A stretch of 64,000 bases of DNA. Source: Pseudomonadota bacterium. Its GTDB lineage: Bacteria; Bdellovibrionota_B; Oligoflexia; Silvanigrellales; Silvanigrellaceae. Every line of letters begins with the position of its first letter. The stretch's first letter is position 1. The notes beneath the pieces are model-generated. The model saw only the letters and a list, made by a program, of their open reading frames with translations, was not told the DNA's origin and made no database searches. Location of the stretch: contig JBDLRP010000039.1 in the NCBI GenBank assembly GCA_039799905.1, positions 1 through 64,000 of the forward strand. Reading direction: 5' to 3'. Shown here in pieces: positions 50,927-60,974 of the stretch. Made by a program: the position numbers and the translations under genes.

Positions 50927-52561
50927 CCAAGTGCACTCGAGCCCGCCGTTGAAGACCTTCTTCCTACGCGTGGCTCTGAGTCCAACACTGCCGGCCAGCT
51001 GATCGCTGCCGGCGAGAATCCATGCCTGCCAGCCGCGGCAATTTTTCTTCAAAGTATCACCGATTCCCTTGTAGACCGTGCGCAATTCTTCTTCTTCGCC
51101 AAGGCGTACACCGTAGGGCGGGTTCATCACGACAATCCCCTCGGGTGAAGCAATTTTCAAGCGCGACACATCGCCCACTTCAAAGTTGAGAAGCTTGCTG
51201 ACTCCCGCGGCTTCGGCATTTCTTTTCGCAGAGGAAATAGCCAGAGCGTCGTAATCGCGGCAGTGGATTGGTGGCTGCAGTCCCTTGCCTGCCTCTTCTC
51301 GGTTAAGCACTCCGACACGGTATTTTTCCAACCTGTCAAAGACTTCGACAAGCGAAAGTTCCATGGAGCGAATCTGCCGGCGCACTCCCTCGCTCTGCCG
51401 CAAGGATGTTTCGGGAAACACATTCAGCGCCGTGTAGGCAAAGAATTTTCGCTCGATTTGTGGTCTGCGGTTGAGCAGTTGAAGTGCTGCTTCGATGGCG
51501 AATGTGCCTGTGCCGCACATCGGATCGAGCAGATCGGGAGTGAGCAGAATTTGCGCAGGAATTCTGCGTGAATTCGCCTGAGAAGAATCATCCGATGCTT
51601 CAGCGGACTTCTTGGCTGTGCTGTCCTGAACGCGCGAGAAAAAAACCTTTTTGCCCGCACCTGAGTGGATAGCTCGGCAGAACTGACTCCAGCCGGTCAT
51701 GCGCAACAGCCCTGCCGCCAGCAATTCGCTGAGCGGCGCATCGCCGCCTGCAACTCGGTAGCCGCGCTGGGAGAGCGGATTTCCGGTTGTGTCCAACGAA
51801 ACAGAAAGTTTCCTGCGGTGCAGGCGCGCAATCACGCGCACCTGTGGTGCAATTTTATCGACGCTTGGGCGTTCGCCGGTGCGCTTGCGGAAAGAATCCA
51901 CCAAGGCGTCCTTCAACTTGAGGGTCAGTGCGGGAGCCCTGATAACCGAGTCGGTCGCTGTCGCCGTGACAATGAATGTCTTGTCAGGCGAGAAAAAGGC
52001 GGTCCAGTTGAGTCTTTCAACCTGCCTGTAGAGATCCTCTACAGATTCAACTTCTGTTTCGAGAATCTCGCACAGCACGCGGCTTCCGCAACGCAATGAA
52101 AAATTCATCGCAATGGCGAAGTTCCACGGCGCCCTGACGTACACTCCTGCGCTTGCAGCCTGCGGCGGCTGCGGCAGTTCGATTTTCAGGTCTTGGGCAA
52201 GTTCAACAATCTCGCTGACGAGTTCTTCTTCAAGACCATGCGAGGTCGTGACAAAAAACGTCGCCGTGCGATCATCGAACGGCTGTCGGTTCCACTGCTG
52301 GTCCTGATGCGGACGCTGCGGGCGTTGCGTTGGCCGCAGGGGAGTTTGCCGACTCGGTCGGTCCTCCGCTCGGCGCGGGCGCGGCCCCTCCTGCGTTGAC
52401 TGCTCCGCTCGGCGCGGGCGCGGCCCCTCCTGCGTTGGCTGCTCCGCTCGGCGCGGGCGCGGCCCCTCCTGCGTTGGCTGCTCCGTTCGGCGCGGGCGCG
52501 GGCGACGCGCCTGTTCCTCCCGACTGCCCTGCTGCGCCCTTGTCGTTGGCCGGTTTTTCAT
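50906..52561 (-). CDS. THUMP-domain SAM-dependent RNA methyltransferase (RlmL/YpsC-like)
   Basis: RGYR....APL.E.LAA, DPMCGTGT and NPPYG motifs. The only in-frame ATG (52561) has a GAGGAGG RBS. Confidence 0.85.
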   Translation of the reverse strand: MKNRPTTRAQQGSREEQARRPRPRRTEQPTQEGPRPRRAEQPTQEGPRPRRAEQSTQEGPRPRRAEDRPSRQTPLRPTQRPQRPHQDQQWNRQPFDDRTATFFVTTSHGLEEELVSEIVELAQDLKIELPQPPQAASAGVYVRAPWNFAIAMNFSLRCGSRVLCEILETEVESVEDLYRQVERLNWTAFFSPDKTFIVTATATDSVIRAPALTLKLKDALVDSFRKRTGERPSVDKIAPQVRVIARLHRRKLSVSLDTTGNPLSQRGYRVAGGDAPLSELLAAGLLRMTGWSQFCRAIHSGAGKKVFFSRVQDSTAKKSAEASDDSSQANSRRIPAQILLTPDLLDPMCGTGTFAIEAALQLLNRRPQIERKFFAYTALNVFPETSLRQSEGVRRQIRSMELSLVEVFDRLEKYRVGVLNREEAGKGLQPPIHCRDYDALAISSAKRNAEAAGVSKLLNFEVGDVSRLKIASPEGIVVMNPPYGVRLGEEEELRTVYKGIGDTLKKNCRGWQAWILAGSDQLAGSVGLRATRRKKVFNGGLECTWSQYVLF

Positions 52562-53201
52562 TCGTCCCCTCCTCACTTCCAGTGCCCTGACACAATCCCA
52601 GTTCGCGGAACAACTCGTACTCCCGCGCGGAACGAATACGCGTATAGTATTCGAGAAACTCTGTCGCCTTTTTTGGATTCACAGCTTCAAGCAATCGGGT
52701 GACCTGACGCGGCGGAAGCTTACGCAAGAGCTGCATGACCAAATCGCGGTCCATGCCCTCAAGTACAGATGCCGCCTTTTTAGGTTCCATTTTTGCGATG
52801 AATTCGAGACTTTCGGAAAGCCGCTCTTCTTTGGCCTTGCGTTCTTTTTGCAGAGTTTCCTCAAGAAGCTTGCGTTCCTCTTCAATGCGCTTCAACTTTG
52901 CCTCAATGTCGGCCTTGGAACGTTCGTAACCTTGCCGCGCAACGTTCAACTTTTCGGTTTTTTGTTCAACGTCTTTGCGCATGAGCAGGAGCTGGTTGCG
53001 TAATTCTGCAGCCTTCGACAACGACAAGCCCTTTTCAGGAATTTCGGGAATTGCCGATGCGTTGTCCTGCTTTTTTGCATCGGCAGGTGCTGAATCCTCG
53101 GCATGGGCCTGCGATTTGTTCTGATTATAGGCATACATAAAACCGCCGCCGCCCATCAGTGCGACCGCTTTGACTGCAAACAAAATATGCAATGCCTTCA
53201 T
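52272..53201 (-). CDS. MotE/FlbB-like flagellar protein (MgtE-N-like domain)
   Basis: N-terminal TM, coiled coil, KMEPKKAASVL motif, position after fliJ. Confidence 0.75.
   Translation of the reverse strand: MKALHILFAVKAVALMGGGGFMYAYNQNKSQAHAEDSAPADAKKQDNASAIPEIPEKGLSLSKAAELRNQLLLMRKDVEQKTEKLNVARQGYERSKADIEAKLKRIEEERKLLEETLQKERKAKEERLSESLEFIAKMEPKKAASVLEGMDRDLVMQLLRKLPPRQVTRLLEAVNPKKATEFLEYYTRIRSAREYELFRELGLCQGTGSEEGTNEKPANDKGAAGQSGGTGASPAPAPNGAANAGGAAPAPSGAANAGGAAPAPSGAVNAGGAAPAPSGGPTESANSPAANATPAASASGPAVEPTAVR
52364..52501. repeat. 39-bp tandem repeat, about 3.5 copies
   Basis: Unit ctccgctcggcgcgggcgcggcccctcctgcgttggctg starts at 52364, 52403, 52442 and 52481. Confidence 0.95.
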
Positions 53202-53210
53202 ACGCCCCTC

Positions 53211-53672
53211 TCAGCGATCACGCGAGTCGTCGAAAGCTACCCGTTGATGGCGAAGAGTCGCCTGCTCGTCGAGAAACTTTCTCTCTTTTGCCTCTTCGCC
53301 CTGAATATGTTCCGAGGCCTTTTTATCGCGAAAATTTTCCATGATTTTGAGTTTTCGCCGGCATGCCAGCAAATGCTGCTCGGCGATCTCAACGTCCTGC
53401 TCGGCCACACGGATCGCCTGGAGAAGTTCAAGCATGCGGGCTTTGCGGATTTCGAGACTTTGCTCAAACGTGGCGTACTTGAAACACTCGCCAGCACGGA
53501 TGGCATCGTTAAGCTGATCGCGCTCACTGATGTACGCATCGCGCTGTTCATTGAGCAGCCGCCGCAATTCAGAAACAACCTTGCGGCAGTTTTCCAAATA
53601 GTTCTGCGCTTCGTCGACGGCTTCCTGTCGCATTTCCAAAACACGCTGCAGTTTGAAGATGAATTTTTTCAT
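53211..53672 (-). CDS. fliJ: Flagellar export protein FliJ
   Basis: KKFIFKLQRVL N-terminus and E.KFLDE C-terminus; follows fliI. Confidence 0.9.
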   Translation of the reverse strand: MKKFIFKLQRVLEMRQEAVDEAQNYLENCRKVVSELRRLLNEQRDAYISERDQLNDAIRAGECFKYATFEQSLEIRKARMLELLQAIRVAEQDVEIAEQHLLACRRKLKIMENFRDKKASEHIQGEEAKERKFLDEQATLRHQRVAFDDSRDR

Positions 53673-55009
53673 TCAGTTTCCAGCAAATTATGGAGACTCT
53701 GCAGCGAGTCGACAAATGACGACTTTTCATTGCGTCCCTGCCTGAGAAATTCCTCAATCTTGGGTTGCATGCGGATGGCGCGGTCGATCTTCGGGTTTGC
53801 ACCCTGATTGTAGGCACCGATCGAAATCAGGTCTTCATTTTTTTGATAGGTCGCCATCAAGTCGCGCAACTGACTGACGGCCGTCTGATGCTGCTGCTCC
53901 GTGATATCGACCATCACACGACTTGCACTGGTGAGAATATCAATCGCCGGAAAGTGGTTGCGTGCTGCAAGCTGTCGCGACAAATTCACGTGTCCATCAA
54001 GAATACTGCGCGCTGCGTCGGTGACCGGATCGTTGAAGTCATCGCCATCGACCAGCACCGTATATATTCCCGTAATGGAACCGTCTGTATCTGAGTTGCC
54101 CGCCTGTTCAAGCAGGCGCGGCAAAAGCGAAAACACCGAGGGAGTGTATCCCTTCGTCGTCGGTGGCTCACCTACGGCCAAGCCAATCTCACGCTGGGCC
54201 ATGGCAACTCGTGTGAGAGAGTCCATCATAAGAAGGACTTTCTTGCCGCCCTGTCGGAAGTAATCCGCCACCGCAGTGGCAACATGCGCCGCACGGATGC
54301 GCGCCAACGGGCTTTGATCGCCGGTCGACACAACAACTACACTGCGTGCAAGACCATCTGCACCCAAGTTCTCTTCAAGGAACTCACGCACCTCGCGTCC
54401 GCGCTCACCGATGAGCGCAATCACGTTGAGATCGGCTTTCGTGTATCGGGCGATCATGCCCAGCAACACACTTTTTCCCACGCCCGATCCAGCCATGATT
54501 CCCACACGCTGGCCTTCACCGCAGGTGAGCATGGTGTTCATCGCACGCACACCGAGATCCAATGGTTCTTCGATTCTTCTGCGCAAAAGCGGATTAAGAG
54601 GCTCACGAACAATCGACCAAGGAACTCCCGCCATCGCAGGAATAGGCTCGCCGACCATGGGCTTGAGATAGGGATCAACAATGCGGCCAATCAAGTGCGG
54701 ACCGACGCGGATCTTTGGTTCGCGCTCGATGCATTGAACCAACGCATTGGCGCACACACCGGTGGGATCCGAAAAAGGAATAATCAAAGCGCGGTCGCGG
54801 CGAAAGCCAACCACCTCACCATCGATGCTGTAGGAGCGCTGACCGTCGAAGATGCGTACCAGAGCGCCGAGCGGTGCTCCCGGGAGGTTTGCCTCAACGA
54901 TGGTACCCACCACTTCCAGAACCTTGCCCAGCTTATCCAGAACCAGAGGCTCGCGTGCAAGATTGGGACGCACGCTGCGGAGTCGTTGCAGGGCATTTGC
55001 GGCAAACAT
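53669..55009 (-). CDS. fliI: Flagellar export ATPase FliI
   Basis: GSGVGKS, LIGERGREV and GEPPTTKGY motifs. Confidence 0.96.
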   Translation of the reverse strand: MFAANALQRLRSVRPNLAREPLVLDKLGKVLEVVGTIVEANLPGAPLGALVRIFDGQRSYSIDGEVVGFRRDRALIIPFSDPTGVCANALVQCIEREPKIRVGPHLIGRIVDPYLKPMVGEPIPAMAGVPWSIVREPLNPLLRRRIEEPLDLGVRAMNTMLTCGEGQRVGIMAGSGVGKSVLLGMIARYTKADLNVIALIGERGREVREFLEENLGADGLARSVVVVSTGDQSPLARIRAAHVATAVADYFRQGGKKVLLMMDSLTRVAMAQREIGLAVGEPPTTKGYTPSVFSLLPRLLEQAGNSDTDGSITGIYTVLVDGDDFNDPVTDAARSILDGHVNLSRQLAARNHFPAIDILTSASRVMVDITEQQHQTAVSQLRDLMATYQKNEDLISIGAYNQGANPKIDRAIRMQPKIEEFLRQGRNEKSSFVDSLQSLHNLLETE

Positions 55010-55011
55010 GA

Positions 55012-56247
55012 TTAACCCGCCTTTTCCGTCGTGCTGTCTTTTTTCTCTTCATCAAAAAGCTCGTCTTTGAGGGAGTCAATGACAGCCTCAACGGTCTTCT
55101 GAATATCGAACGAGACGACCTCGTGATTGGCCTCAATCTTGATGTCGCCGCGGGCGAGTTTGGTGTTGGCCACCAGACGCAGACGGCTGCGCTGCTCGGC
55201 GGGAATCTGTTGCTCGAGCCGAGCAACATCCTCAGGGTGCATCTCGATTTTGAGTTCATCCTGAGCCTGAAACTGGCTCATTGCCGCGGTAAACACCGAG
55301 CGCAACGCCTCGTCATTCCATTGAATATGTTTGCGGAGAATTTTATCAGCGCACATCTGCGCGATTTCGGCAAAAATCTCGCGTCCCGTCGAAAGCAGTT
55401 CACCCTTGAGATGCTGCAACTCAGACAACGCCTTCGTGAAAAGCTGCATCGAGTGATTGTACTTTTGTTCCGCGTCGAGCGCGGCATCCTCACGCCCCTG
55501 CTGCAGACCGGCTTGCAGACCGTCGTTGTAGCTCTGCTGAATCAGCTCTTCATTGACCTGCGGCTGTTCAACCTCAACGGTCTCAACAGGTGGCGGAACA
55601 TTCTGCGCAGCGATTTGCATGGCAGTCTGTTCACCCTCGTGGCGACCTTGTTCGAGTCCGCGCTCAAATGCGGCTTGCACTGCGGCGTCGAGCTTCTCCT
55701 GCGTGATTTCGTTGAGCGTGAAATCCAGACCACGCGAAGTCAGGCCTTTGCCTTTGTGAGACGTCAGTGAGCTCAGATCACTGATGTCGGGAGCCGCCGT
55801 GCGACCCACGGACGTAGCACTTGCCACTGCGCCTGCATTCTCCTGTCCGGTGGAAGCGGCATCGGATTGCCCGCGGGGAGTTTCCTGCACTTTTGCAAAA
55901 TCTTCCTCGAGGTCGAGAAGCTCGAGAGCAACGACTTCATCCTCGTCCATCTGCATGCGACGCTTGCGCTGCCGGAGCTCTTCCTGACTTGCGAGAAATT
56001 CGGCGGTCATATCTTGCGGCAAAAGTGTCTTTGCCGGCTGTCCGAAGGTGCGCGAAAACTCGCTGGGCTTGACAACTTTCTTATTGAGCTCCTGAACCGG
56101 ATGACTCTTGGCAAGCACAACACTCTTGCGCTGGTTGTCTGTCAGAAGGATTGTTTCCGGAGAAAATTCCTTCCACGGATATTCCTCAACGTTGAGTTTG
56201 CCAAGCATTTCCTGCTGGTTCTTTTTCAAAAGCCGGCCGCGTGGCAT
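55012..56247 (-). CDS. fliH: Flagellar assembly protein FliH (long form)
   Basis: GxxxG repeats and MHPED...L.RGD..IE motif, located between fliG and fliI. Confidence 0.85.
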   Translation of the reverse strand: MPRGRLLKKNQQEMLGKLNVEEYPWKEFSPETILLTDNQRKSVVLAKSHPVQELNKKVVKPSEFSRTFGQPAKTLLPQDMTAEFLASQEELRQRKRRMQMDEDEVVALELLDLEEDFAKVQETPRGQSDAASTGQENAGAVASATSVGRTAAPDISDLSSLTSHKGKGLTSRGLDFTLNEITQEKLDAAVQAAFERGLEQGRHEGEQTAMQIAAQNVPPPVETVEVEQPQVNEELIQQSYNDGLQAGLQQGREDAALDAEQKYNHSMQLFTKALSELQHLKGELLSTGREIFAEIAQMCADKILRKHIQWNDEALRSVFTAAMSQFQAQDELKIEMHPEDVARLEQQIPAEQRSRLRLVANTKLARGDIKIEANHEVVSFDIQKTVEAVIDSLKDELFDEEKKDSTTEKAG

Positions 56248-56282
56248 GGTTTCAGCCCCTCAAGAGAGTTTAATCGTGGACG

Positions 56283-57281
56283 TCAGACAAGTGCATTTTC
56301 ACCGCTTGTCGCAATCACAATCTTGCCTTCATCGGCAAGGCGTCTTGCGATCTGGACGATACCCTGTTGTGCGGCCTCAACGTCGGTCAGTTTTGCAGGA
56401 CCCGCATTGGCCAGCTCTTCACGCAACGACTCGGCAGCACGCTGTGACATGTTCTTGAAGAGCAGTTCCTTGATTCCTTCCGACGCTGTCTTCATCGCAA
56501 GCTTGAGCTGCTCCATCTTGACTTCACGCATGATGCCCTGAATACCGCGGTCGTCGATCTTGATGAGATCTTCGAACGTGAACATCTTACGGCGGATCTC
56601 TTCCGTGAGGTCGGGATCGCGTTCTTCGAGGCGGTCGAGAATTGTTTCTTCGGTCGCCTTGTCCATCATGTTGAGCATTTCAACGATCGGTGTCACGCCG
56701 CCGATTTGCTGCTGTGTGACGTTACCCATGCGCTGGACTTCACCGCGCAGCACATCGTCGATTTCATCGATAAGCTCAGGCGACACGGCCTCGAGTTTTG
56801 AAATTCTCAAAATCAATTCGGTGTGCAGGCTCTCGGGGAGCATCTTAAGAGTCTCGCCGAATTTCTTGGGTTCAAGATGTGCGAGCACAAGTGCAATCGT
56901 CTGCGGGTGTTCGTTGCGCAGAATATTCGAGAGCATTTTAGCGTCAATCAGTTCGAGTGACTCGAGAGTCGCTGCTGTCTCTAGCGCGAGGTCTTCAATA
57001 TAGGCATTGGCTTGTCCGTCGCGGAATGCACTTTCAAGCAATTTTTTGGTGAACTCGTTGCCGCCGAAAAAATACTTCTTGTTACTTTGCAGAACGTGAT
57101 AGAATTCTTCCATCACTTCGTCGATCGTTTCGCCGTCGATGCGGCCCAAACGGCTCATCGCGCTACCGACGCGCTTGATTTCAAATTCATTCATCTGCTT
57201 GAAAATTTCAGCGGAAATATCTTCGCCAAATGCAAGAAGCAAAATGGCTGCTTTCTGTGGTCCGGTGTACTTGGTCGCCAC
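56283..57281 (-). CDS. fliG: Flagellar motor switch protein FliG
   Basis: KAAILLL, EHPQTIAL, MFTFEDL and NMSQRAA motifs. GTG start with G-rich RBS. Confidence 0.96.
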   Translation of the reverse strand: MATKYTGPQKAAILLLAFGEDISAEIFKQMNEFEIKRVGSAMSRLGRIDGETIDEVMEEFYHVLQSNKKYFFGGNEFTKKLLESAFRDGQANAYIEDLALETAATLESLELIDAKMLSNILRNEHPQTIALVLAHLEPKKFGETLKMLPESLHTELILRISKLEAVSPELIDEIDDVLRGEVQRMGNVTQQQIGGVTPIVEMLNMMDKATEETILDRLEERDPDLTEEIRRKMFTFEDLIKIDDRGIQGIMREVKMEQLKLAMKTASEGIKELLFKNMSQRAAESLREELANAGPAKLTDVEAAQQGIVQIARRLADEGKIVIATSGENALV

Positions 57282-57536
57282 GCCCGGGTTCCCCCTCCCC
57301 TGAAGGCATAATCCGCCTACGGATCTGCCGCTAATCACGCTTTTTTCAGGATACTCAGGCGTTTAGTTTCCCACTCGGCAACCCTGACCACTCCCGTCAA
57401 GTTTCCAGACGGCAGCTCTACCTCGTCTATAACTGAACGATTTTACGAAGATTTTAAGAAAAATCCTTTTACTTGCGGCACTTGACCCTCTGGAGTATGA
57501 CCCCAGCGTTTAACCCTCAAGGCAAGGAGTGCAGCC

Positions 57537-57788
57537 ATGACCTTCAATTCTTCAGCAGTCTCTCTCGAATGGAAAATGAACAGCCTGATTCTCCGCCGCG
57601 GTGCAAGCGTACTCATGATTGAGGCCGCCAACGTTCAGGTCCTCAGAACTCTTAAAGAAAAGAATGACTTCAACGAATTCTTCAAAACCAAAGCGCTCGT
57701 CAACCGTGAAGCGCGACGCGTTTTCGAAGCTTGGGAGCGCAAGGACAAAGACCTCCTCGACAAGCTTTTCGGTGAAATGAACGCCTGA
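57537..57788 (+). CDS. Small hypothetical protein (83 aa)
   Basis: AAGGAG RBS and codon usage typical of expressed genes. Confidence 0.7.
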   Translation: MTFNSSAVSLEWKMNSLILRRGASVLMIEAANVQVLRTLKEKNDFNEFFKTKALVNREARRVFEAWERKDKDLLDKLFGEMNA

Positions 57789-57850
57789 ATCTGCAAAGGC
57801 GTTGTGCTTTTTCATTTGCTCAGGCCGCCGGATTTGTGGAGCTATTCCCG

Positions 57851-58840
57851 ATGAGCGTTTTTCATAATCTTGCCTTTTATAAATTTGTAAGCATCGATGA
57901 CGTCCCGAGGACCGCCGATGAGTTCAGAGCGCTCGTCGAAACGCTCAATATAAAAGGAACGCTGATCTTCGCTTCCGAGGGTCTCAATGGTTATGTTGCG
58001 GCCAGCCCCGAATCGGCTGAGAAGTTTATCGACCACTGCCGGCGGGATGCACGATTTGCCGACATCGAATTCAAGATCTCTGTGAGTGACTTCCAGCCCT
58101 ACAGCCGGATGCTCGTCAAACAGAAGAAAGAGATTGTCACCATGGGCCGCACCGGCATCGAGCCGGAGCACTTCACGGGCAAGCACGTCGACGGCGAAAC
58201 GCTCAAGAAATGGCTCGACGCGGGCGACGAGGTAATTCTCCTCGACACGCGCAACGACTACGAAACGAAGCTTGGCACATTCAAGAACGCGGTTGTTCCC
58301 GACATCAAAACCTTCCGCACATTTCCTGCGTGGGTTGAAGACAATTTCATGGAGAACAAGAACAAGCGGGTTGTGACCTTTTGCACCGGCGGCATCCGCT
58401 GCGAAAAAGCCACGGCCTACATGCGCCAGGTCGGATTTGATGACGTTTATCAAATTCAGGGTGGCATTCTAAAGTACTTTGAAGTGACGCAGGCAACGGG
58501 CGGTGACAATCACTATGAAGGTGATTGCTTTGTGTTCGACCACCGAGTGGCGGTCAACCCGGAGCTGCGCAAGACTGAACACGACATGTGTTACGTCTGC
58601 TGGGCAACCCTCAGCCCCGAAGACAAAGTCAGCCCGCTTTACAAGGCCAACGAATATTGTCCGCACTGCGCCGACGACACCCAGAAGCGTGCCGAGGAGC
58701 GACGGCGCAAGGCTGTCGAAACCAACCAACACGCGCTGCAAAGACGCTTCGAACGGGCAAAACGCGCGCGCGCCGAGTGGGAATCACGAGCGCAGATGAA
58801 GCCCCTTGGCATGACAGAAGGCGTAGATTCCGAGTCTTGA
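57851..58840 (+). CDS. trhO: Rhodanese-related tRNA uridine(34) hydroxylase (TrhO/YceA)
   Basis: FYKF, EGLNG, DTRNDYE, FCTGGIRCEK, GGILKY and CFVFD.R motifs. Confidence 0.9.
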   Translation: MSVFHNLAFYKFVSIDDVPRTADEFRALVETLNIKGTLIFASEGLNGYVAASPESAEKFIDHCRRDARFADIEFKISVSDFQPYSRMLVKQKKEIVTMGRTGIEPEHFTGKHVDGETLKKWLDAGDEVILLDTRNDYETKLGTFKNAVVPDIKTFRTFPAWVEDNFMENKNKRVVTFCTGGIRCEKATAYMRQVGFDDVYQIQGGILKYFEVTQATGGDNHYEGDCFVFDHRVAVNPELRKTEHDMCYVCWATLSPEDKVSPLYKANEYCPHCADDTQKRAEERRRKAVETNQHALQRRFERAKRARAEWESRAQMKPLGMTEGVDSES

Positions 58841-60148
58841 AAGAGTCGAGCCCACTCCTGAATGACCGCGTCCCGACCACGGCAACCAAGCTGAAACCCG
58901 GTCGCAGCAGTTCAAGTAGCCGGTGCCGGTGTTGACCTGCTTGAGAATTTTTTCCCCGCGTTCAAGATTCCTGCAATAGACCGACGAAGTCAGGCCATAC
59001 TCTGAGTCGTTCATCAGCTCCACTGCCTGTGCATCGTCCATAACCTTCATAACGCCAATCAGCGGACCGAACGTTTCTTCGCGCATCAAATCCATCGAGT
59101 GGTTGGCGTTGAGCAGCAGCGTGGGCGGAAAGAAATTGCCCTTGCCCTGTTGCGCCTGTCCGCCCAAAACGAGTTTCGCTCCCTTGCCGACCGCATCCTG
59201 AACCTGCGCCTGCAAAAACGGAATGTGCTCCTTGCGTGTGATGGCGCCGCAGAGCGTTTTGGAGTCGAGCGGATCACCGAGTGTCCACGCCTGCATTTTT
59301 GCCTTCAATTTCTCGACGAATGCATCGTGAATTTTTTCATGCACATAAACACGTTCCACAGCGCAGCAGCTTTGCCCGTTGTTGTAGAGTACGCCTTCCG
59401 CAACCGCATCGGCAACCGTCTCGAGATCGCCGCACTCATCGGTTACGTAAAGAGGATCCTTGCCGCCCAACTCCATGATCAGACGGGTCATGCGGCCTGC
59501 CACAGCTTCGGAAATCTTCTTTCCTGTCGCATATGAGCCGGTAAAACCCACACAATCAAAAGGAAGTTGCAGGAGCTGCTCTCCAATCTGCCCCTCGCCC
59601 ACGACACTGATGAAAACTTCCTGCGGCACGCCAGCTTCATGCAGCAGACGGGTGAGATGCAGGCCGGTGAGTGTCGAATATTCAGACGGCTTGTATATGA
59701 CGGCGTTTCCGCACAGCAGCGCTGGCAGAAAAACATTGAAGCCTACAAGAATCGGGTAATTCCACGCAGAGATGTTCAGCACAACGCCGAGCGGATCGAA
59801 CGCCAGAACTTCGGCTGTGTTGCCATCCTGACGAACCTTCTCCGGTGCGAGAGTTTTCTCGATCTCTTCGCAGAAAAAGCGAATTTTATTCATACTGCCG
59901 TTGACTTCATTGCGAGCCTGCTGCAGAGGTTTGCCCATTTCGAGCGACATGTCGCGCGCGACAATCTCAATGTCACGCTTCAACAACTCGCCGAAGGCCT
60001 TGATGAGCGCAACCCGCTCGGCCGTCGGGCGTGCGGCCCATGCAGGTTGCGCAGCACGTGCAACAGCAAATTTTTCGCGGACGGAGGCCAGATCATCAGT
60101 GTCAACGGAGCGGATCAGCTCGCCGGTGGCAGGATTTTGAATTTTCAT
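58784..60148 (-). CDS. NAD(P)-dependent aldehyde dehydrogenase
   Basis: NPATG, WNYP, FTGS, ELGGKD, GQSC and EETFGP motifs. Confidence 0.95.
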   Translation of the reverse strand: MKIQNPATGELIRSVDTDDLASVREKFAVARAAQPAWAARPTAERVALIKAFGELLKRDIEIVARDMSLEMGKPLQQARNEVNGSMNKIRFFCEEIEKTLAPEKVRQDGNTAEVLAFDPLGVVLNISAWNYPILVGFNVFLPALLCGNAVIYKPSEYSTLTGLHLTRLLHEAGVPQEVFISVVGEGQIGEQLLQLPFDCVGFTGSYATGKKISEAVAGRMTRLIMELGGKDPLYVTDECGDLETVADAVAEGVLYNNGQSCCAVERVYVHEKIHDAFVEKLKAKMQAWTLGDPLDSKTLCGAITRKEHIPFLQAQVQDAVGKGAKLVLGGQAQQGKGNFFPPTLLLNANHSMDLMREETFGPLIGVMKVMDDAQAVELMNDSEYGLTSSVYCRNLERGEKILKQVNTGTGYLNCCDRVSAWLPWSGRGHSGVGSTLSRLGIYAFCHAKGLHLRS

Positions 60149-60176
60149 GTCGTCTCCCTCAATTTCAAATTTTATT

Positions 60177-60944
60177 TCAGATTTTTCTGCGCTGTTTCTC
60201 TTTTCGCACGGCTGCAAGAAAGTCGCCGATGATCGGAGCCGGATCATCAACCACCGTGCCGAGTGTCGGTGAAAACTCAGGATGCCACTGCACGCCGGCA
60301 ACATAACGTTCTGCAAAATCCTTGTGCGTGAATGCCTCAATGATTCCATCGCTCGAGCTTTGCGCCTCGGCGCGCAGATCGTGGCCCAGCAGCTTGACAC
60401 ATTGGTGATGCACGGAATTCACCTCAAGCTGTGTTTTTTTATAAAGCCCGTGCAGCCAGCCACCCTGCTCCAGCGTTACGCCATGATGAACGCGATCGTA
60501 GGTCTGCGCATTGCGGTGTTCGGTAGAGGTTTGCAGCAAAGTCGGAATGTCCTGATGCAGAGTGCCACCAAAGTAACAATTGAGAACTTGAAATCCGCGG
60601 CAGATTCCCAGCATCGGCAAACGCTTTTTAAAAAAGTAGTCGGCCAAATACAGTTCATATATATCGCGGTGTCTGTCGCCCGCCCAGCGGGATCGATCGA
60701 GATACGGCTCGCCGTATGTTTCCGGACAGACATCAGCGCCACCCTGAAAAACAATCCCGTCCAATTCATCGAGTATCGGATTGAGCCGCTCCTGCGGCAG
60801 ATCGGGAATCAGCACCGGAAAGACGCCTGCTTGGGCGACATAGCGGGCCATGTCGTTTTCAAGGTAGGTGAGGCTCTTGTGCCCGAACACGACACGGTTC
60901 ACATCGGGATACATGAAACAGGCACTCAGACCGATTTTCAACAT
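60177..60944 (-). CDS. Gamma-glutamyl amide hydrolase (peptidase C26, PuuD-like)
   Basis: GGADV, LGICRG.Q, VNSVHHQ and VQWHPE motifs. Confidence 0.92.
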   Translation of the reverse strand: MLKIGLSACFMYPDVNRVVFGHKSLTYLENDMARYVAQAGVFPVLIPDLPQERLNPILDELDGIVFQGGADVCPETYGEPYLDRSRWAGDRHRDIYELYLADYFFKKRLPMLGICRGFQVLNCYFGGTLHQDIPTLLQTSTEHRNAQTYDRVHHGVTLEQGGWLHGLYKKTQLEVNSVHHQCVKLLGHDLRAEAQSSSDGIIEAFTHKDFAERYVAGVQWHPEFSPTLGTVVDDPAPIIGDFLAAVRKEKQRRKI

Positions 60945-60974
60945 TGGCAAGCTCCCCGTGTCAGGACTCACAAA

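Noticed and set aside
52364..52501. Possible CRISPR array
   Set aside because: Units are contiguous with no unique spacers, lie in coding frames, and no cas genes are present.
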